A stretch of 64,000 bases of DNA from Paraspadella gotoi (taxonomy: Eukaryota; Animalia; Chaetognatha). Within the stretch, counting starts at the first letter, position 1. Every line of letters starts with the position of its first letter. The stretch spans positions 1,974,793 to 2,038,792 of the forward strand of contig CM119267.1 in the NCBI GenBank assembly GCA_051294375.1. The letters run 5' to 3'. The translations under genes and the position numbers were made by a program. This document shows positions 1 through 8,472 of the stretch, in pieces. The notes under the pieces were generated by a model. The model did not search any database, was not told the DNA's origin, and saw nothing but the letters and a program-made list of their open reading frames with translations.

Positions 1-839
1 GTTTTTCAAACGCGATTAAAGGGAAAACTTATTTTCAAAGGTTGAGTGAAATCACATTAAATAATACAGAATAAAAAACGGTACAAAGCAGTCAACGAAT
101 GTTTTACATTACTGAAATATCAATCAATCAATCAATCAATCAAAACTTCACGCTCTCCATGTCACTTTTCACGCGCCACACTAGACTTGAAATTATTTTC
201 ACTGACCTCCCCCGTTGTAATCTTGTGATTCCTTGATTCAGAATCTTAATTTCAGTTTGAAATCAACGTTTGTTATGATCAACAATTCAACCATCTATAT
301 GAACAAACAATATTCTCCCCGTTTTTCTCACTTAATAATGATTATGATGAAAAATGTATATGAGTCAGTATCTTAGCAAATTTTTTTGAATACACTCGTC
401 TTTCTTTCTTTCTCTCTTTCTTTCTTTCTTTTTTATTTCTTTCTTTCTTTCTCTCTTTCTCTCTAAATTATTACGATGAACGAAACTTTTCACCAGAAAA
501 ACGAAAAATTTGTTCGAAAAAAATTATACTGGAAATTGGAAAGACGACGACGACGACGACGACGAACAAAAGAAGACGACGTCAGGAACAACAACGACAA
601 CAAACGAAGACAAGACGACGACGAAGNNNNNNNNNNNNNNNNNNNNNNNNNNNNNNNNNNNNNNNNNNNNNNNNNNNNNNNNNNNNNNNNNNNNNNNNNN
701 NNNNNNNNNNNNNNNNNNNNNNNNNNNNNNNNNNNNNNNNNNNNNNNNNNNNNNNNNNNNNNNNNNNNNNNNNNNNNNNNNNNNNNNNNNNNNNNNNNNN
801 NNNNNNNNNNNNNNNNNNNNNNNNNNNNNNNNNNNNNNN

Positions 840-876
<37 letters not shown>

Positions 877-1443
877 GGCCATGAAGGAGGGATAGCATGA
901 CGCCTGTAGGAAAAGGCGGAAGAGTTGAGATGAAATGGAGAGAAGGAAGAAATAGAATTTGGAGAGGAATGAAGGAAAAAAAGAAAAAAAGAAAGAAAAA
1001 AATTGAAAGGAAAAAAATGGAGGAAAAAGTGAGCGAGAGAAAAGATGGAGGAAGGAAGGTGGTTGATGGGTGGAGGTGGTTGAAAGATGGAGGTGGTTGA
1101 TGGGGAAGGATGGTGGCGGGTGGAATGAAAAAGATTTTAAAATTGAGAGAAAATTATTTGAACGGAGAAATATTGGAAGAATGGNNNNNNNNNNNNNNNN
1201 NNNNNNNNNNNNNNNNNNNNNNNNNNNNNNNNNNNNNNNNNNNNNNNNNNNNNNNNNNNNNNNNNNNNNNNNNNNNNNNNNNNNNNNNNNNNNNNNNNNN
1301 NNNNNNNNNNNNNNNNTGTAAAAGCCGAAGTAGAACTTACCGAGAAACTGATTCACATTTTATAAATGTAATTTTTATTATTGCCGCCTCTTCTATGTAA
1401 TTCGAGCCATACATAATATATACAATATTATTCAGATTAAAAA

Positions 1444-4400
1444 TCAAAGAAATGATTCTTGGTCGCCATTTTGTTTTTCTTCCTCTTCCTCCTCCTTCCT
1501 CTTCTCCCCTTCCTCCTTCTCTTCTCCTCTCCTCGCCCACTCCTGCACTTCTCCCGAACCGAACGCCACAAAGGCTACCCCACCGACGACGTAAAGGGCC
1601 GCGCCAATAACGAACAGGTAGCGCCACCCGACGCCGTCGTTTGGCCACGCCGCCTGGAAAACAAAAGAGATATATCAATACTATTATACATAAGGTTAAG
1701 ACATTTCTCATTCAATGAAAACTTTATGAAATGAGCATCACATCATGGTTTAAGGCCTCCATCACTATTACAAGATAATGAAATAGCAGGGTCCTGCAAG
1801 CTTTCAATCAAGACTCTCTCACAGTCTCGTTTCTGACTTCCCTATCAATGAATGTTTTAATTGTATGAAAATACCACTCCTCTCATCAATGAATGTTTTA
1901 ATTGTATGAAAATACCACTCCCTTAAGTATTAGATCGGTGAATACTATATTGTGTTTGCGGGTTAAAGAGTCATTTGTCATTGCATTTAGTATGTTTAAA
2001 TTCATTGTATGGTTGTATTTTAGATTTATAATTTTTTGATATTTTCCATCAAAGTCAATTTTACGGCAGTCACAATAATTAACTCATTTACTGTACCAAT
2101 TCATGTCACTAATTTCGTCATGTAGGAAAATTCAATTGAAGTTTGATATTGTTTGTCATTTTATTATTGTTATTTTATGTTTTATATATTTATTTATTTA
2201 TTATTATTTATTTATTTATTATTTATGTTATTATTTATTTATTTATTTATTTTATATTATCATTATCATCTCAAGATAGAATACAGCAATTGAATATATG
2301 ATACGGAAAGCGGGGTTTGCCATAGCGACCCGGATTGTACATACTCCTTCCAACTCGCCAATACGCCAAAGCGTTCAACTGTAATTTGGGCCGCAATATC
2401 ATAATCAATAAGTCTCCTTCTCTAACTCATTTTAGCATACATTAGCCATTAGCCATTAGCCATTAGCCATTAGCCATTTTATAATGATATGCTAATCAAA
2501 ACCTAAACGGCGCCGCTAACCGTGAGAGCTCCCATGACCTCCGCCTCCTAAGAACCCGGCAACGGTGCCGAGTGCGCTCGCTGATGCGAGGACGACGCCG
2601 GCGAAATCGGGCGCCACGTCGAGCGAATTGACGAAGAACCGGCGTTGGTAAGTCCGTTGGCTGCTGCTGCGAGAGTAGTAAAGCGACGGCTGCGCGCGGC
2701 GGCGGCGTCGCTGCGTCCGACGCCGGCGATGACCGCCTGTCGCCGCTGTCGCAGCTGATTGAATTCCGAATTCCCAAAGTATTAAAAATCTTTTCTCGTT
2801 TTAGTCGTCGTCATCTTGCCCGACTTCAACAGGCGATCCGCCAAGACGACCAGCGACGGGCAAGGCGATCAGGTGGCGGCGAAGGGGAGCCGCTACCGCC
2901 CGTTTCGGCCAGTTCGAACCCAAGGCCTGATAAGGCAAGGCAGAGATGATTGGTAAAGGGCCAGAGATGATTGGTAAAAGGCAGAGATATTGGTTAAGGA
3001 CAAACTGAAGGCAAGCAGATTGATAAAAAATTTTCTTTCTCCAATCTAATTTTTAATTCTTTTCATCCACCAACAAAAAGAATGTTATTGAAAGAACCTT
3101 TTATTCAACTTATTTCTAAAATTAACAGGAATTGTGAAAACTATAACCTTAATCTTCAACATTATCATCAGCCGTTATCTTAACTCGTATCACTACTATG
3201 GCCTGCCTCATCTTTAAATGACCTAAACTTATCCTTTAACTGACATTAACCTAGTTCTAACTTATCTTAAATTTTCCTTACCTAACCTAAATTTACTATT
3301 TTAAATTTATCTTTAAACTGGCAATAATTCCATTTCAATTGAATTTAACTTAACTTACTTTCCTAACACTTATCTTTACCTCACCTCGTCCAAAAACTTT
3401 GGCGTGGACGTCATGAGAGCGAAAAAGTTCCAGTGGCTACAAAATGTGGCGACGCAAATGGCGGCGACTGGACCGGAAGTGAGAAGACGACGCCAGGGGG
3501 TGTCGCGTTTGTGGGCGTGTCCGACGCCTCGGTTGGCGGCGAGGGAAGACTGAGGAAGAGGAGGAGGAGAAAGAGGAAGAGGAGGAGGAGGAGAAGTAGT
3601 AAAAGTTTTGCGAAAACTTTTAAATCTAGTTTCTTTGTTTACAGTTAACAAAACAAGTACACATGTACAAATACGAATGATATTTACATTAATGTATTCT
3701 CACTATGTAATTTCTATCTACAATTAAATCCCAGCGACTTTTATACCTCGACGTATTTTCTCTCCTTTTCGCTTATCCGCCGACAGGTGGCAGGCGAATC
3801 CGCCGCCGCCACTAACCAGGCGATTGACCAGGCGATGCCCATAGCTCCGAACCAATAGAAGGCGGCGCGCCAGGCGCCCGCCGCACAGACGGCGCTCGAC
3901 GCCGGTAGAGACAGGACCACGCCTACGATGGCGCCACTCATGGGAAGAGAAGAAAGAAAAGCGCGCTCGAGCGGTGGCGCCCAAACGGAGAGAACTGATT
4001 GCATAGCGGGGAATATGACGCCCTGGAAGGAAGAGGGAGGTGAGTTCTTAATACAGTAGTTAATTGACAAGCTGTGAGTGGGTCTTGATTAAAGGTTGCA
4101 CAGCCCTTCTCTCTCTCCTCTCTCTCTCTCTTTCCCTCTCTCTCTCTCTCTATCTCTCTTCTTTCCCCTCTCACTCTCTCTTCTTCCCTCTCTCACTCTC
4201 TCTCTCTTTCCCTCTCTCTCTCTCTCTCTTTCCCTCTCTCACTCCTCCTCTCTTTCACCTGCCCAACCCCAACCACGAAATCTGACGCCACAGGCCGCCC
4301 ACCCGCAATCCGCCGCCAGGGGCGCCGCCACCGTCAACGCCGAGGACGCCAAGGTTCCGGCGGCGAGCACCCGGCGCCCTCCGTGACGCCGAGCCACGAC

Positions 4401-5085
4401 GCCGCCCGGAATCTGAGTGACGCCGTAGCCGTAAAAGAACGCCGCTAGAAGCGAACCTTGTACGCGGGGTGACCAGGCGAATCGAGGGGTGAAGGGAGTG
4501 GCGGCGGTGGCGGCGGTGGCGGCGGTGGCGGCGGTGGCGGCGGTGGAGGCGGTGGCCATGGTGAGATCAGAGAAGTGAGAGAGAGATTGAGGTAAGTTGT
4601 AATCCGCGTTTGGTGAGGTCAAAGTCCGATTCCATCCAAAATGTCCAGCATTTGAAGTCTGGGAAAAAAATGCAAAATATTTTGCAAAATATTTTATAAA
4701 ATATTTTATAACATTTAAATTAAAATTTGAACTGGTTTTTGTTTTTTATCAAAAAAATTTTATTTCCGTAGTTTTTATAATTTATATACTTAAAAATTAT
4801 AACAATGTAAGACTAGACTAGACTAGACTAGACTAGACTAGACTTTTGAAACGCAGTTGATAATAAAATGTCGAAGATTTTTTAGTGAAACCTTGACGTC
4901 CCTCGCGTTTTTTTGTCACCATGGCAACGTCGGTGGCGTTCCTGGTTTCTACGGCGACGTCGCTAGCGTCTTTCGTAACCATGGCAACCATAGCGACCGA
5001 GAGAAGAACTCTTTGTCCGTAAAGAAGCGAAAATCCCAGCGACATTAAAATGGTCGTCATTAGGCGCGTTGAGCAGAGAAGGCGT

Positions 5086-5116
<31 letters not shown>

Positions 5117-5162
5117 GCAGCGGCGGCGGCGGCAGCGGCGGCGGCGGCGACGGCTGAGACAT
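1444..5162 (-). CDS. SLC17/sialin-like major facilitator superfamily anion transporter, 6 coding exons (approx. 5162-4892, 4658-4259, 4022-3747, 3549-3385, ~2926-2503, 1653-1444)
   Basis: Exon translations carry SLC17 motifs: LLYGQRVLLSVAMVAM; FAWSPRVQGSLLAAFFYGYGVTQIPGG; GVIFPAMQSVLSVWAPPLER; DSPATCRRISEKERKYVE; TPWRRLLTSGPVAAI..FCSHWNFFALMTSTPKFL; WRYLFVIGA...FGSGEVQEWA. Boundaries are GT-AG. Two one-base homopolymer over-calls (T7 at 4908-4914, A3 at ~4278-4280) and an indel-rich exon 5 must be corrected to keep the frame. Confidence 0.9.
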
Positions 5163-5439
5163 GGGCTTTGGAGAAAGAGAGCGCGACAAACGTAGAATTC
5201 GATTGGTCTTTTTTCCTTCGGACAGAATCGAATTCAGTCAATCAGGAGTCGAGATTAGTTCAGTTGTAAATAATCGTCACTGTCTGGAGTAGATTTTTTT
5301 GGCGCTCTTTTCTCAAAGCGCCCTATTCTCTTTCTTAATCCCAAAATTTAATTTAAATCCTAATATTTAAATCTAATCTGTTAACAAACCCATGACCGAA
5401 TCCTTAACTTAAATGCCCAACACTAATCTTTTATTTTAA

Positions 5440-5800
5440 CCAAATCCTTAACCCTTAAAACTTAATCCTTAACCCTTAAAATTTAATTCGTAACCCTTAA
5501 AACTTAATCCCTAACCCTTAATATTTAATCCTAAACCCTTAAAACTTAATCCCTAACCCTTAAAACTTAATCCCTAACCCTTAAAACTTAATCCTTAACC
5601 CTTAAAATTTAATCCCTAACCCTTAACACTTAATCCCTAACCCTTGATATTTAATCCCTAACCCTTAAAACTTAATCCCTAACCCTTAAAACTTAATCCC
5701 TAACCCTTAAAACTTAATCCCTAACACTTAAACCTTAATCCCTCACCCTTAAAATTTAATCCCTAACCCTAAACTTCAATCCTAATCACTAATCTAATCC
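5440..5800. repeat. ~21-bp tandem minisatellite (CCCTAACCCTTAAAACTTAAT) containing the telomere-like hexamer CCCTAA
   Basis: Directly visible tandem units. Confidence 0.85.
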
Positions 5801-6055
5801 CAAACCTAATCTTTAACCCTAAATTCTTTAAACTATAAAACGAACCTAAATTTTTAATTTAAAATTAAATTTAGCGTTTTCGGAAAATAAGGCCCATTTT
5901 TTGGCTGAAAATTAAAGTTGAAGTTTTGAGTCGTTTGCCTGAGACGTTTCTCTATCCGAGGATGACGATCCTAATAAGGGTTAATGCGAAACATTGTTGT
6001 TTTTCACTGCACGAAAAACTGGTTCTGACTCGGAAAATGTAAACGTTGATCGGCG

Positions 6056-6147
<92 letters not shown>

Positions 6148-6896
6148 TACATACAGGGTTAAATTCAGTGACGATTCTGTGGCGCAGTCTTTTCTTCTCC
6201 CTCGGTTTCGTATTGTAAAATAAAAATACGATGATACTTTGCTTTTTCTCTCTTCTTCTTTCTGTCTCATTTTCTATAAATAACATTTTGAATTGACCGA
6301 AACATAAACATCTATATTTTTAACGAGAATTAAATAAGATCAAATTGACTTTAAAAAATTCACGGGTGATCGTAAAATTGAAAAAAAAAGAAGGAAAAGA
6401 AAATAAATTTTGAAATCGAATTAAAGTCGCGGTTTTGTTTTTTTGTTTTTTTTGTTGTTTTTTTTTTTTGAGGAACTTAAGTAAATTAACTTTAATTGTT
6501 GTAAAAAAAAAAATAAACAAATTGAGAGATAGATGAAGTTTTATCCGTTTTTCTTTTATCTCAAAGTTCAAAAAGTCAAAGAGGCGAAGATCGAAAATCA
6601 TGTTTTTGATCGCGACTTTAGATAATAACAATAACTACGACAGCAACAACAACAACAACAACAACAACAACTCCATACTTCTCACTCAACCCTTATTTTT
6701 TGAAGAAAGAGGCATTCTTAATCTAATCTTTCCGCTCGATAGTGAGTCATTTGTTTTTTAATTAAATTCTGATCCGCATTCCGTAAAATTTATCAAAAAA
6801 AAAAAAAAACATTTTGAACGAGAAATGAAAGCGAAATATTAATATTCCTCCCGTTTAACAATTACTACTAGGAAAGCCTAATGTATTTTGGTTTCT

Positions 6897-6977
<81 letters not shown>

Positions 6978-7276
6978 TCACGACTCGATATTTTCTTTTC
7001 CTCTTTTTCTTTCTTTTGATAATTCACACCTTGTTGTGATAATCACACTTATTTAAGTTCTTTAGTTTCGATCTGTTACACGTTGGGAACTCACTAAACT
7101 GAGGTAGTAAATAGAAACACTACTTTAATTCGCATTATTGTAATAGACGGAGATAAGTAAAATTCCAAGTCCAAAAAATGAAAGTAATTTAAAAAAAAAC
7201 CGAAAAAAAGTAAATCGGTTTAAATGCAGAAAAATTGTTTTGGTCGATAAGACTCGCGTCTGAATCATAGTCCTCC

Positions 7277-8449
7277 TTATAGTGCAGCTGCTCCTGCGAC
7301 ACCCTTTGCTGCTGCGCCAGCATCTGCTGCTGCATCCCCTGCTACTGCTCCCCGAAGGACTTCAACTGTGAACGCGGATTTCGAAAATTCTAATTGGAGG
7401 AGATTGTCTTTGTCCTTGAGCAGACGCCCTTCAATCGAGACCCTCAGGTCCTCGGATCGAATCCGCTCCCCGGTCACATCCGCGAGGCGCTGGACGTAAC
7501 TGGCTTTCAACGCCTTCACGTTGAACTTTCTCTTGAAGTCGAAGAGAAACTCGAAGCCTTCATCGGGAAAGCGGGAGGAGCGGACGAGGCACTGCATCTT
7601 GGAGACGCGGACTTGCGATCCTTCTAAAACCGGTTCATTTCTTTGAGCCGCGAGACTTTCAAAGATATCTCTTCCTTGCGCCGTGATGGCCATCAGATTC
7701 TCAAGGGGCGTGCCCGGCCAGAGACGCTCCACGTATTCCATGATCCTCTGAGATATGACGTCGCCCTCGATTTTGGTCATGGGTTCCTCGGTGGGGAACT
7801 TCAGGGTCTTGTTGAAGGTGACGGGATATCTCGTTCGGGGTTCGAAGTAGAGGAACGAAACTCGAATCGTGTTTTCGCGTAGCAAAGGCTTCAGACTTTT
7901 CTCCGCTAATCCTTTCTCGTTTAAGCTCTTCACTAATTTACCAAATTCTTGAAAATAAATGTTTTCGTCGATGGAAGAGAGGTTTTTAAATTTCTCGTGA
8001 ACGTACGCTGCGTACAAGTAGATGTACGGAAATCTTTGTGCGAAATACTCGTACAACTCTTCGGGTGTTGGACATTCGACCCCAAATGTGTGCAACATGG
8101 TGAGTTTCTCTTCGTTACTGTGAGCCGTGATGTTTCTGATGAACCGAATCAAATCAACGCATTTTGTGATTCTGTATCCATTAAAGTGAGAACCAAATGT
8201 GAAGAGCATTTCAGTGTCAAACAATTTATCCCACGATCCTTGGCCCCCGAGGATTAAATTCGAATTTTCTTCGATTTCCCCAATTTTTTGAAAAGGATAT
8301 TTTCTTTCGTGTTTCATGTTTTTGATGTGATTATTTAGTTTGATCAGCAATAGAAATCTTTCGCTCGCCGTGTGAAAGGCGGGACTTTGCAGCGCCTCTT
8401 GCGCGTTCAATCCTTGACGCAGAGCGAGACAGAGCACCTCAAATTCCAC
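7277..8449 (-). CDS. 3' part of the same gene: kinase C-lobe end + KEN (IRE1/RNase L-type) ribonuclease domain (~8377-7949) + ubiquitin-like domains (~7870-7349)
   Basis: AQEALQSPAFHTASERFLLL (cf. HPFFW..E.R/Q), SWDKLFD, GYRITKCVDLIRFIRNITAH (cf. RNase L DLLKFIRNLGEH, IRE1 DLLRAMRNKKHH), YFAQRFPYIY (cf. YFTSRFPHLL). C-terminal MQCLVRS...NVKALKA...EDLRVSIEGRLLKDKDNL...VEVLRG fits the ubiquitin fold. This frame is open upstream and overlaps the end of the 958-aa ORF; the GTG start given by the ORF track is unlikely to be real. Confidence 0.85.
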   Translation of the reverse strand: MEFEVLCLALRQGLNAQEALQSPAFHTASERFLLLIKLNNHIKNMKHERKYPFQKIGEIEENSNLILGGQGSWDKLFDTEMLFTFGSHFNGYRITKCVDLIRFIRNITAHSNEEKLTMLHTFGVECPTPEELYEYFAQRFPYIYLYAAYVHEKFKNLSSIDENIYFQEFGKLVKSLNEKGLAEKSLKPLLRENTIRVSFLYFEPRTRYPVTFNKTLKFPTEEPMTKIEGDVISQRIMEYVERLWPGTPLENLMAITAQGRDIFESLAAQRNEPVLEGSQVRVSKMQCLVRSSRFPDEGFEFLFDFKRKFNVKALKASYVQRLADVTGERIRSEDLRVSIEGRLLKDKDNLLQLEFSKSAFTVEVLRGAVAGDAAADAGAAAKGVAGAAAL

Positions 8450-8472
8450 AGACTTGGTCGGTTTGATCGACG

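Noticed and set aside
476-1400. ORFs spanning N-gaps and (GAC)n / purine tracts
   Set aside because: They are open only because of Ns and microsatellites and show no protein-like content. The same applies to 17543-18799 (+), 51685-51978 and 58923-59785.
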